Below, piece after piece: positions 11,559 through 22,989 of a DNA stretch of 64,000 bases. How positions within the stretch are numbered: position 1 is the stretch's first letter; each line of letters starts with the position of its first letter. This stretch comes from Pristiophorus japonicus (taxonomy: Eukaryota). Made by a program: the position numbers and the translations under genes. The notes under the pieces were generated by a model. It had not been told where the DNA came from. It searched no databases and worked only from the letters and a program-made list of their open reading frames with translations. The DNA lies in the NCBI RefSeq assembly GCF_044704955.1, contig NC_091980.1:277636001-277700000 (forward strand), read 5' to 3'.

Positions 11559-12875
11559 TTGGGTATACATATCAGGAAAGGATGGACAGGCTGGGTCTCT
11601 TTGCTTGAAAAAGAGAAGGCTGAGGGGTGACCTAATAGAGGTCTGTAAAATGATGAAAGATTTTGATCGCGTGGATACAGAGAGAATATTTCCACTTGTG
11701 GGCAAGAGCATAACGAGCAGGCCATCAATATAAGATCGTCACCAAGAAACCCAATGTGGAATTCAGGAGAAACTTCTTTACCCAGAGAGTGGTGAGAATA
11801 TGGAACTCGCTGCCACAGGGAGTGGTTGAGGCAAATAGTATCGATGCATTTAAGGGGAGGCTGGACAAGCATATGAGGGAGCAGGGTGTAATATATTTGC
11901 CTCATGGGTATCTTTGCTTAAGAATTCATAGCAATGCATTGCTATTAAGAACTAGTTAGTTTATTAACAAAGGTTTAACAATCACACTACACATTACTAG
12001 TTCATCCACCAGGCTCTCGACTGCATGTCTCATCGTGGATCCCCCAACCCAACTGGCCGGGGTTTTATTGAGTCCTGTGAGCATCATGTGTCTGGCTAAG
12101 CCCCTCCCAATGCAACAGCTCCTCAGACCGTGAGCATACTCACCGGTGCATACAGAGGGAATAGAGGGTTGATGCGTACACATAAATAACTGACAAACTG
12201 AAATGTAACTTAACTGAACTGTGCTTTTATACAGTCCTAAATGGTGCCTCCCCCCAAACCAGCATGAACCAGCATGAGTACAGCAGCTGCGAACGGCTTG
12301 CACAAGGTCCTAATGTCCGTCCTGTGAACTGCCACAAATAAATAGAGTATGAACACAATGAACAGATTTGGATGAGGAAAGACAGGAGGAGGCTCGAGTG
12401 AAGCAAAAATGCCTGCATGGACTGGTTGGGCCGAAAGGCCTGTTTCTGGGCCATATATCCTGTGTCACCATCATCGTAGGCGATCCCTTGAATGAGGATG
12501 ACTTGCTTCCATGAGTTCACAGAAGTTTCAATGAAGGACCCGATGTTCCAGTCCTGAACTCCAATTGAAGGCGTGGAAGATGCCTGTGCGTGGATATTTT
12601 TAACACGTGGTGACCATTGCACACCAGCCACCACACAGGCTTGACAGAGCTAGGCCTTTATCCAGTGGCAAGGATAACCAGGATGACCGGAGACCTGCTC
12701 TGCTGCACGGACCTAGAGAGCGCAGATATCGCAGTGTGTGCTGGCCCGTGCTGCCCCTGGGCCCTCGCCTCTTTTGTGCCCCATACCCTCGTTCACTGCA
12801 CCTTCGCCATCTGATGTAATCCCTAGTGTCTAAGCTCTGTGTGATTTCCCTGTTATTTCCACCCCTACCCCCCCG

Positions 12876-13157
12876 GCGACCATGCAGAGTTTGAGATTAT
12901 CGCCAGCAGAGTGAATTACAGCCTTACCCCGGATTCGGAGAACATCACGGCCATCTTCAGCATCAACTCCGTCCCCATCCTGACCTACAATTACGGAGTG
13001 CGGAGCTTTGTAATCAATGGGAATGTGACGGACAGGAGGAAGGAGCTGGGGCAGCAAGGTGTGACCTTTTTCCTGGAGGCATATCGCTGGTTCCAGATCG
13101 ACCTGCGCAGTTTTACCCGAGAAATCCTCAATCGCACGACCTCGATCATTCTGAGAA
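12876..13157 (+). CDS. WA: MHC W-category alpha chain (WA) alpha1 domain exon (gene possibly 5'-truncated or a pseudogene)
   Basis: DHAEFEIIASRVNYSLTPDSENITAIFSINSVPILTYNYGVRSFVINGNVTDRRKELGQQGVTFFLEAYRWFQIDLRSFTREILNRTTSIILR, ~94 codons with a strands-then-helix pattern. Donor GTAAGT at 13158, phase 1, joins in frame to the alpha2 exon. The acceptor is either a mutated CG at 12874-75 or an in-frame CAG ending at 12887. Confidence 0.75.
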
Positions 13158-13189
13158 GTAAGTCCATTCATTCTCCCATTCTCCTCTTA

Positions 13190-14065
13190 CTGCAATTATA
13201 TCGGGCCCTGGTGAGGCCGCACCTGGAGTATTGTCTGCAGTATCGGTCTCCTTACCTAAGGAAGGATATACTTGCCATAGAGGGAGTGCAACGAAGGTTC
13301 ACCGGTCTGATTCCTGGGATGGTGGAAATTGTCCTATGAAGAGAGATTGAGCAGACGAGGCCGATATTCTCTAGAGTTTAGAAGAATGAGGTGATCTCTG
13401 AAACGTACACAATTCTTACAGGGCTCGACAGGGTAAATACAGGGAGGATGTATTCGCTCGTGGGGGAATCTACATAAGAAATAGTTGCAGGAGTTGGCCA
13501 TTCGGCCCCTCGAGCATGCCCCATTATTCAATAAGATCATGGCTGATCTGATCATCAACCTCAACCCCACTTCCCTGCCCGCTCCCCATAACCCTTCACT
13601 CCCTTATCGCTCAAAAATCTGTCTATCTCCACCTTAAATATATTCAACGACCCAGACTCCACAGCTCGCTGAGGCAGAGAATTCCACAGATTCACCAGAA
13701 GAAATTCCTCCTCATCTCCGTCTTAAACTACACCCCCTAGTTCTAGATGCCCCCACGACGGGAAACTAGGGGGGGGCATAGTCTCAGAATAAGGGGTCGC
13801 CCATTTAAGACAGAGATGAGGAAAAATTTCTTCTGGTGAATCTGTGGAATTCTCTGCCCCAGAGAGCTGTGGATGCTGGGTCATTGAATATATTTAAGGT
13901 GGAGATAGACAGATTTTTGAGCGATAAGGGAGTCAAGGGTTATGGGGAGCGGGCAGGGAAGCGGACCTGAGCCCATGATCAGATCAGCTGTGATCTTATT
14001 GAATGGCGGAGCAGGCTCGAGGGGCCGTGTGGCCTACTCCTGTTCCTATTTCTGATGTTCTTATG
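13190..14065. mobile_element. CR1 fragments including an inverted pair of 3' ends (~13475-13730 on -, ~13765-14062 on +)
   Basis: CR1 ORF2 C-terminus and 3' UTR present in both orientations. Confidence 0.8.
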
Positions 14066-14227
14066 GGACGACCTGAGGTGGCGCAAGGCATTGTAGAAAT
14101 GCAAATCTTTCTTTCTTATGAATGTCCTTCTCTCCCCGCGTTCTCCCAGTTCCTGTTCTGGTTCCTGGGGCCCCCTCTATAACAAGGGACCGTTTTGCGA
14201 CAGGTAACACTATCATTTCCGTTGCAG

Positions 14228-14509
14228 AAAAGCCAGAAGCCGAAATCTACATGGAGAAAAGCTACGCACCGGGGCTGCCAAACTTTCTGTATTGTTACGC
14301 CGAGAAATTCTTCCCCTACGAGATTGAAATGAAGTTCCTGGTCTACGGGAGGGAATTCGCCGAGCATGTCCATTCACTCCCGGTCGTGGTGGAGGGCGAT
14401 TGGACCTTCAACGTCTTAACGTACATCCGGATCGAGCCGCAGGTCGGGGACACTTACAGCTGCCAGATTCATCACCCCAGCCTCGACAAACCGCTGACAT
14501 TTGTGTTGG
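14228..14509 (+). CDS. WA: MHC W-category alpha chain (WA) alpha2 C1-Ig exon, beta2-microglobulin-like
   Basis: Acceptor TTGCAG, donor GTAAGT, phase 1-1, 282 nt. [40 protein letters not shown]...[39 protein letters not shown] shows PNxLxCY, F in place of the C-strand Trp, and DWTF like beta2-m DWSF. Confidence 0.9.
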
Positions 14510-14748
14510 GTAAGTCAAGTGCGGACAGGGAGAATCGGAGAATCAGAGAAATTTATAGCACGGAAGGAGGCCATTTCGGCCCATCATGTCCGTGCCGGCC
14601 GCCCAAGAGCCAGCCCGGCCTATTCCCACTTTCCAGCTCTCGGTCCGTAGCCCTGTAGGTTACGGCAATTCGAGCGCACATCCAAATGTGGTGAGGGTTT
14701 CTGCCTCGATCACCCTTTCAGGCACTGAGTTCCGCCTCAGACCCCCAC

Positions 14749-17700
14749 TGTCATGTATTCAACTATCATTGTAACCCATGTATAAACTGACCTAAGTTGT
14801 ACACTGTGAGAACACTGACCACTAGGTGGTGAACTTGTGAGAGACACTCCTAAGCTGGACTTTCAGGTATAAAAGGGGAAGCTCCACCCACCTTCTTCAC
14901 TTCAGTGCTGGCTAATAAAGGTTACTGGTCACAGATTGACCTTCTCTCAAGTATGGGCCTCGTGTGCATTTATACTGTATAGTAAGGACATATCATTGGC
15001 GATGAGAAACTGGGACTTAAACCACGCATGGCCACTAGCAGCACAGACGAGAGGTACTGTGTTGGTGATGACTGGGATGATTTTATTGAGAGACTACAGC
15101 AAAGTTTCGTCACCAAGGAATGGCTGGGACAGGATTCGGCCGACAAACGCAGGGCTCATCTCCTGACGGTTTGTGGATCCAGGACGTACTCCCTGATGAA
15201 GGACCTTCTAGCGCCAGAGAAGCCGGTGGACAAGACTTTTGAAAAGCTCAGTAAGTTGATCGGGGAACACTTTAACCCAGCGAGTAGCATGCACATGGCG
15301 AAACACCGGTTTTACATGCACCGGCGGTGAGAAGAGCAAAGCGTTCCAGACTTCATGGCAGACCTCCGGCGACTGGCGAGCCTATGCAAGTTCCCAGATG
15401 CATGCAGAGCGGTGATGTTGCGAGGCTTTTTTATTGAGGGCATCGGGCACGCTGGGGTTTTCAGGGAACTGATTAAGACCAAAGACTTGACCCTGGAAAC
15501 GGCAGCTTTGATGGCCTAGACATTTATCTCAGGGGAGGAAGAGACCAGAATGATGTTTGACAAAAATCTTGGTTTAAATGCAGCAAATGGACAGGGAGTC
15601 AACATTGTTAACGCGGCACACAATTCTCCAGGCAGACAGGGGCAATCAGACATGCCCAAGCATGTAGTCGAACCCAAAGGGGGAATTCAACAGAGACAAT
15701 GGCTAGCTGAACGGCGATTCACGCCATCGCAAGGGACAATGCAGCCAGTAATGGGGCCAGCAACACCTGTCAAACTTAAAGAGAGTTACAGAGACAGTCA
15801 GAGACGATCGACTGGTAATGGACCTTTTGTTTCCAACAATGGCTCATGCTGGAGGTGTGGAGGCAAACACCCAGCCAGAGCTGCAGGTATCAGCAATATA
15901 CCTGCAGAAACTGCAACATCAGCGGTCACTTGGTGCGTATGTGCAGGAAGCCTGCAGCCAGGTTGATGTACGAGGAGGACGGACCTGAGGTAAGCCGTAC
16001 GATGTCAAATGGACACTAGGGGAAATCACTGGAAGCTGAAGTTCAGCGAGTTCATGTGGAGCACATATACAGTTCATACACTAGGACTCCACCGATAATG
16101 ATGAAAGTGCTCCTCAATGGCATCCCAGTATCAAGGGGGCCAGCCAGTCCCTGATGAGTATCAAACAGTTTGACAAGTTGTGGGCGTCCAAGGCCAGGAG
16201 GCCAAAATTATTGGCAATTGACGCACAGCTGCGGACATATACAAAGGAGATCATTCCGGTGCTAGGCAGCGCCATGGTAGTCGTAACCCACAAAGATTCG
16301 GAGAACAGGTTGCCACTCTGGGTTGTCCCGGGGGATGGTCCCGGTCTGCTGGGGAGGAGTTGGCATGCTGTCATGAACTGGAAATGGGGCGATGTCAATG
16401 CAATTTCTTCTGTGGAGCGAATATCAAGCTCACAGGTCCAGGACAAATTTGACTCACTATTTCAACCCGGCATTGGCACTTTCATGGGGGCCAAGGTAGT
16501 GATTCACATAAACCCGAACGCCAGGCAAGTACACCACAAGGCCAGAGCGGTGCCGTACGTGATGCGGGAAAAGATAGAAGGCGAATTGGACCGCCTGCTG
16601 AGGGAAGGCATCATCTCGCCAGTCGAATTCAGTGACCGGGCGAGCCCGATTGTGCCGGTGCTCAAGGCGGATGGTTTGGTCAGGATATGTGGTGATGACA
16701 AGGCCACCATCAATCGGGTATCACTCCAAGACCGGTACCCGCTACCGAGAGCGGAGGACCACTTTGTGATGCTATCCGGTGGCAAACTTTTTTCAAAATT
16801 GGACCTGACCTCAACTTACATGATCCAGGAGCTGGCGAGTGAGTCGAAGAAGCTGACCACCATCACGACACACAAGGGGTGTTTGAGTACAGCAGATGTC
16901 CGTTCGGGATTCGCTCGGCTGCCGCGATCTTTCAACGAAATATGGAAAGCCTCCTCAAGTCGATTCCAAGGACGGTGGTTTTTCAAGATGACATCCTCAT
17001 CACGGGTTACGATACTGAAGAACATCTCCACAACCTGGAGGAGGTGCTACGCAGACTGGACCGGGTAGGTCTGCGACTGAAAAAGGCGAAGTGCGTCTTC
17101 CTAGCTCCAGAGGTAGAATTCCTGGGGATGAGGGTAGCAGCAGACGGGATCAGACCTACTGCGTCCAAAACGGAAGCAATCCAGAGAGCACCCAGACCCT
17201 GTAACACGACAGAGCTGCGTTCGTTCCAGGGGCTCCTGAACTATTTTGGTAACTTTCTTCCCAAATTGAGCATGCTGTTAGAGCCGGGACATGTGCTCCT
17301 ACGCAAAGGTCGCGAATGGGTCTGGGAGAACAGCCAGGAAAGGGTTTTTGATAGAGTACGCAATTTGTTATGCTCCAACAATCTGTTAACGCTATATGAC
17401 CCATGTAAGAAACTTGTTTTAACGTGCGATGTGTCGTCCTATGGGGTCGGGTGTGTGTTGCAGCATGTTAATGCCAAGGGTCAGTTACAGCCGGTAGCTT
17501 ATGCCTCCAGTAATCTGTCCCAAGCAGAAAGGGGCTACGGGATGGTAGAAAAGGAAGCGCTTGCATGTGTATATGCAGTAAAAAAAATGCACCAGTACCT
17601 GTTTGGCAGGGAATTTGAGCTGGAGACGGATCACAAACCCCTAAGGTCCCTTTTGGCCGACAACAAGGCCATAAATGCAAATGCGTTGGCCCGCATACAG

Positions 17701-19450
17701 AGGTGGGTACTCACGTTAGCCGCCTATGACTAAAGAATTCGGCATAGACAGGGCACTGAAAACTGCGCCAATGCACTCAGCAGGCTCCCACTAGCTACCA
17801 CCGTGGGGGCAACCGAGCATGCTGCTGAGATGGTCATGGCTGTTGAAGCTTTTGAAAGCGAAGGCTCACCCGTGACAGCCCGTCATATCAAAGTCTGGAC
17901 AAATAGAGACCCGCTACAGTCTTTAGTCAAAAAATGTGTCCTGAATGGGGACTGGGCAGCCATGTATGGGGCATGCCCTGAGGAATTTAAACCATTTCGC
18001 AGGCGCAAGGATGAACTCTCAATTCAGGCCAATTGCCTACTGTGGGGAAACCGAGTAGTCATGCCCCAGATGGGCAGAGAGGTGTTCATCAGAGAACTTC
18101 ACAATGCGCAGCCAGGCATTGTCATGATGAAGGCAATTGCCAGGTCACACGTTTGGGGGCCAGGGATAGATGCAGACCTGGAACTTTGTGTTCGCAGGTG
18201 CAACAATTGTGCTCAGCTGGGCAATGCGCCCAGGGAAGCCCCCCTTAGCCCCTGGTCCTGGCCCGCCAAGCCATGGTCACGCATCCATGTGGACTACGCA
18301 GGTCCTTTCATGGGAAAAATGTATTTCGATGTAGTAGATGCCTACTCCAAATGGATCGGGTGTGACATTCTTAATTCAAGCTCATCCTCTGCCAAGGTAG
18401 AAAGTCTACGGGCAATGTTCGCCACCCATGGTCTACCGGACGTCTTGGTCAGCGACAATGGCCCGTGCTTTACAAGCATTGAATTCCACGACTTCATGGC
18501 AGGAAATGGTATCAACCATGTCAGAACGGCACCGTTCAAGCCGGCCTCAAACGGCCAGGCGGAACGAGCAGTGCAGATAATCAAACAGGGGATGCTCAGA
18601 ATCCAAGGGGGTTCCCTACAAAGCCGCTTATCAAGCCTCCTGTTGGCCAATAGATCCCGACCACACTCACTCACCAGGCTTCCACCCGCAGAGCTGCTAA
18701 TGAAAAGGACGCTCAAAACCACGTTATCCCTTATACACCCCACCATGAAAGAAATTGTTGAGAGCAGGCGCCGGTCACAATGTGACTACCATGACGGGAA
18801 TGCGAGGGCGCGATGTATTGATGTCAATGACCCTGTCTTTGTCCTCAACTATGCTGCAGGGTCCAAATGGCTCACAGGCACTGTGATTGCCAAAGAGGAG
18901 AATAGGATTCTGGTCGTTAAACTTACCAATGGACAAATTGCCTTAAACACGTGGATCAAACAAAAAGGAGGTTCAGCAACCCCATAGAAGAAGCAGAGGA
19001 AGAACACGAACACGAACACCGGAACCATGTGGAGGAGAGCCCAGTCACTGTGGGTAGTCCGGACAGGCCTGAGGCACCACAAACAGCAGACACTCAGGCC
19101 AGCGCCCAACAACCGGAACCCCAACTCAGACGCTCTACAAGGGAGCGTAAACCACCAGAGAGACTTAACCTGTGATACCAATAAGACTTTGGGGGGGAGG
19201 TGATGTCATGTATTCAACTGTCATTGTAACCCATATATAAACTGACCTAAGATGTTCACCGTGAGAACACTGACCACTAGTTGGTGAACTTGTGGGAGAC
19301 ACTCCTAACCTGGACTTTCAGGTATAAAAGGGGAATCTCCACCCACCTTCTTCACTTCAGTGCTGGCTAATAAAGGTTACTGGTCAAAGAGTGACCTCCT
19401 TTCAAGCATGGGCCTCGTGTGCATTTATACTGTATAGTAAGGACATATCA
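14749..19450 (+). mobile_element. Full-length, decayed Ty3/Gypsy LTR retrotransposon inside WA intron 3
   Basis: 247-bp LTRs at 14749-14995 and 19204-19450 (~14 mismatches by eye), TSD CCCAC, PBS TTGGCGA, PPT GGGGGGAGG. Order gag (CWRCGGKH), PR, RT (FQDD), RNase H, integrase (HVDYAGPF, SDNG), with stops and frameshifts. Confidence 0.96.
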
Positions 19451-20220
19451 CCCACCACCTTCTGGGTGAAGACATTTCCCCTCAAATCCCCTCTAAGCCT
19501 CCCCCCAATTACTTTCAATCTCTGCCCCCTGCTTGTTGACCCCTCTGCTAAGGGAAACAGGTTCTTCTTATCCACTCTATCCAGGCCCCTCACACCTCAA
19601 TTAAATTTTCCCTCAGCCTCCTCTGTTCCAAAGAAAACAACCCCAGCCTCTCCAATCTTTCCTCACCACTAAAATTCTCCAGTCCTAGCCACATCCTGGT
19701 AAATCTCCTTTGCATCCTCTCTAGTGCAACATCCCGGTAAATCTCCTCTGTACCCTCTCTAGTGCAACATCCTGGTAAATCTCCTCTGTACCCTCTCCAG
19801 TGCAACATCATGCTAAATCTCCTCTGTACCCTCTCTCGTGCAACATCCTGGTAAATCTCCTCTGTACCCGCTCCAGTGCAACATCATGCTAAATCTCCTC
19901 TGTACCCTCTCTAGTGCAACATCCTGGTAAATCTCCTCTGTACCCTCTCTTGTGCAACATCCTGGTAAACCGCCTCTGTACCCTTTCTAGTGCAACATCC
20001 TGGTAAAGCTCCTCTGTACCCTCTCTGGTGCAACATCATGGTAAATCTCCTCAGTACCCTCTCTAGTGCAACATCCTGATAAAGCTCCTCTGTACCCTCT
20101 CCAGTGCAATCACACCTTTCCTGTGATGCGGTGACCTGAACTGCATGCAGTACTCCAGCTGTGGCCTAACCAGTGTTTTATACAGTTTGAGCATAACCCC
20201 TCTGCTCTTGTATTCCATGG
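19451..20220 (-). mobile_element. CR1 fragment carrying a 38-bp internal tandem expansion (~19690-20105); its 3' end lies at ~14540-14748
   Basis: CR1 ORF2 motifs on -, with the same unit as the 10.8 kb array; the element is split by the Gypsy insertion. Confidence 0.8.
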
Positions 20221-20686
20221 TAAAGACCATCCGGCCCACCCAGCCTGTCCCACGCAGTCGCGATACCCCGCAAATCACAACACACACACACTCCCCACCT
20301 CACCCCTAAACCCTGCGATCTCCTGGAGGAGAGGCACAAAAGCAAATAAACAAAAAAACCTCAGGGCCAATTTAGGGGGAACAAATCTGTGAAATTCTTC
20401 AACGACCCACCTCGGCGATGGAAACTGGTCCAGGAGATCCCTCTGGCCCTGAATTCCCTGCAGTACCTACCCTTCTGCAAGAGGCGATCTCCGCTCCAGG
20501 CAAATACAGATCCCGCTCTCGCTTGAAGGAGTTCAGCAAGTCTGCATCCACCACACGAAACGGCAGCTTGTTCCCGAGTTCTACTATCCTCTGGGAACAG
20601 ACCCACCTCCTGATGTCTAACCTCGATCTAGCCCTATACAACTTAAATTTGTGCCCCCTGGTCCTGCCTAACCTTTAATTGAAATA

Positions 20687-21330
20687 TCATCATCATCATA
20701 GGCAGTCCCTCGAATCGAGGATGACTTGCTTCTACGTCTAAAAGTTCACAGATATTTCAATGAAGGACCTGATATTCCGGATCCCGAACTACATTCTGAA
20801 GGGTGGAAGATGCCTGTGCATGGATTTTTTTTACGTGGGATGGCCGTTGGACACCAGCCACCACACGGGCTGGACAGAGCTAGGTATTGGTCCAGTGGCA
20901 AGGATTATCCAAGACGACTGCTCTGTTGCACGGACTGAGTGCGCACACACATCGCAGTGTGGGCTGGCCCGTGCTGTCCCTGGGCCCTCGGCTCTCCTCA
21001 GCCCCAAACTCACACCTCTCCTGGGCCCTGATCACGTCCCTCTACAATCTCTTGCCGCTCCTTTGTCCCGACCTCGCCGCTCCTGCTATACCTGCCCACG
21101 CTCCAATCACCGACCTGGACCTTGGTGACATCCCTCTTCGCTGCCGTTGCTCTCCTGCTCCAGCACGTGCTGCTCCCTGGAGTGGTACGGTGCCACGCCG
21201 TTCCTTCTGCTCCCCGGCCTGCTCCGATAGTGCTCACAGGCCGGGGGCCGCTCAGCCTGCTGGGCCAGGCAGCCACGCCGTTCCTTCTGCTCCCCGGCCC
21301 ACTCCGATGGTGCTTGCAGGCCGGGGGCCA
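20687..21330 (-). mobile_element. Non-autonomous repeat with an RTE-type 3' tail (related copies at ~9703-9890, ~12468-12810 and ~46010-46590 on +)
   Basis: Shares the (CAT)nAGGCAGTCCCTCG...GACTTGCTT terminus with the RTEs, but has a different body recurring four times in the window. Confidence 0.7.
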
Positions 21331-21789
21331 CACAGACTGCTGGAAACAGACAATCACCAGTTCCCCGGCTGTCTGCTGATATTGACTGTCGGCCCAGATC
21401 TTAGTGGCAACCTGCGTCCCGAAGACACACAGCTGTCTGTTGCTGTTTCAATACTCCTTCGAATTGAAATAAACGGTCAGCTGGAACACGATCTATTCCC
21501 TTCATTATCTTATAAACCTCAATCACATCGCCCTCAGTCTCGGCTGCTCGAAGGTATAGAGTCCCAACTCTTTGAGCCTTTCCTAATAACTAAGATGCTT
21601 TAGACTTGGAATTAGTCGAGTGGCCCTAAGTCTAGTACAGTAACGACATGTTAAGTTACTGCCGACTGCACTTGAAAAATACACAGGATCAGAATGTTTC
21701 CAACTTCTGTGTGTGTGGGGGCGCGGGGTGTGGGCGGGTGGGGGTGTGTGTCTGGAACTCACTGCCTGAAAGGGTGGTAGAGAATTGAG

Positions 21790-22570
21790 TGCATAATTTC
21801 TAGGCTGACACTCCATGTGGTGCTGAGTGAGCGCCATACTGCGCTGTCGGAGGGACGGTACTAAGGGAGCGCTGCACTGCGCTGTCGGAGGGGCGGTACT
21901 AAGGGAGCGCCGCACTGCGCTGTCGGAGGGGCGGTACTAAGGGAGCGCCACACTGCGCTGTCGGAGGGGCGGTACTGAGGGAGCGCCGCACTGTTGGAAG
22001 GGCAGTACTGAGGGAGTGCCGCACTGTTGGAGGGGCGTTACTGAGGGAGTGCCGCACTGCGCTGTCGGAGGGGCGGTACTGAGAGAGCGCCGCACTGTTG
22101 GAAGGGCAGTACTGAGGGAGTGCCGCACTGTCGGAGGGGCGGTACTGAGGGAGCGCCGCACTGTTGGAAGGGCAGTACTGAGGGAGTGCCGCACTGTCGG
22201 AGGGGCGGTACTGAGGGAGCGCCGCACTGTCGGAGGTGCCGTCTGTCGGTTGAAACATTAAACCGAGGCCCCATCTGCCTTCTCAGGTGGACGTAAAAGA
22301 CCCCACGGCCTCTATTTTGAAGAAGAACAGGGGGGAGTTCTCCCCTATGTCCTGTGGCCGATATTTATCCTTCAACCAACAGAAGGAAAAGAGATCATCT
22401 GGGTCATTATCACGTTGCTGTTTGCGGGAGCTTGATGTGCGCAAATTGGCTGCCACATTTCCCACATTACAACAGTGACCACACTTCAAAAAAAGTACTT
22501 AATTGGCTGTGAAGCACTTTGGGACGTCTGGTGGTCGTGAAAGGCGCTATATAAATGCAAATCTTTATTC
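21790..22570 (+). mobile_element. Deu-domain-like SINE with an internal 32/37-bp minisatellite expansion (~21835-22235)
   Basis: The tandem array runs into a SINE core (TTAAACCGAGGCCCC...GGTGGACGTAAAAGA) and the tail GAAAGGCGCTATATAAATGCAA. Confidence 0.8.
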
Positions 22571-22695
22571 CCTTCGCTAACCCTTCTACCTATGGCTTTA
22601 AATAACGTCGCCTCATTGCTACGCGCATTTTTCGAACCGTAAAGGTCGTTGAATAGCCGACAAGGAATGAATTTGCCGTCCTGATTCTCACACAG

Positions 22696-22807
22696 ATGCG
22701 CCATCCATGATGCCCGATTCCCGGATCATTGTCTGTGCTGTGGGAGTTATCCTGGGAACTCTGGGATTGGCGATCACCCTGTACCTAATCGTTAAAATAT
22801 ACAGGCG
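22696..22807 (+). CDS. WA: MHC W-category alpha chain (WA) connecting-peptide/transmembrane exon
   Basis: Acceptor CACACAG (phase 1), donor GTGAGT (phase 2). [38 protein letters not shown] contains the class II-alpha TM motif CxxGxxxGxxG. Not present in the ORF track. Confidence 0.88.
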
Positions 22808-22989
22808 GTGAGTACCTCCCGTATATTCTTTTCTCGTCGGTGATGTCTGCCCTTGTTAATAAGAGGCTCCCAAGGTATTGGGAAGTGGTCCACGTTGTCC
22901 AGGGCCGCGCCGTGGATCTTGATGACTGGGGGGGCAGTGCTGTGTGGCGGGGTCAGGTTGGTGGAGGAATCTTGTCTTACGGATGTTTA

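Noticed and set aside
14228-14509. Beta2-microglobulin gene or classical class II alpha
   Set aside because: An upstream alpha1 exon and downstream TM exon exclude B2M; the DWTF Trp and loss of the C-strand Trp argue against ordinary class II alpha.
20887-21603. 238-aa Pro/Ala-rich ORF
   Set aside because: It lies in an interspersed GC-rich repeat that recurs at 46.0-46.6 kb, with no domain or splice support.
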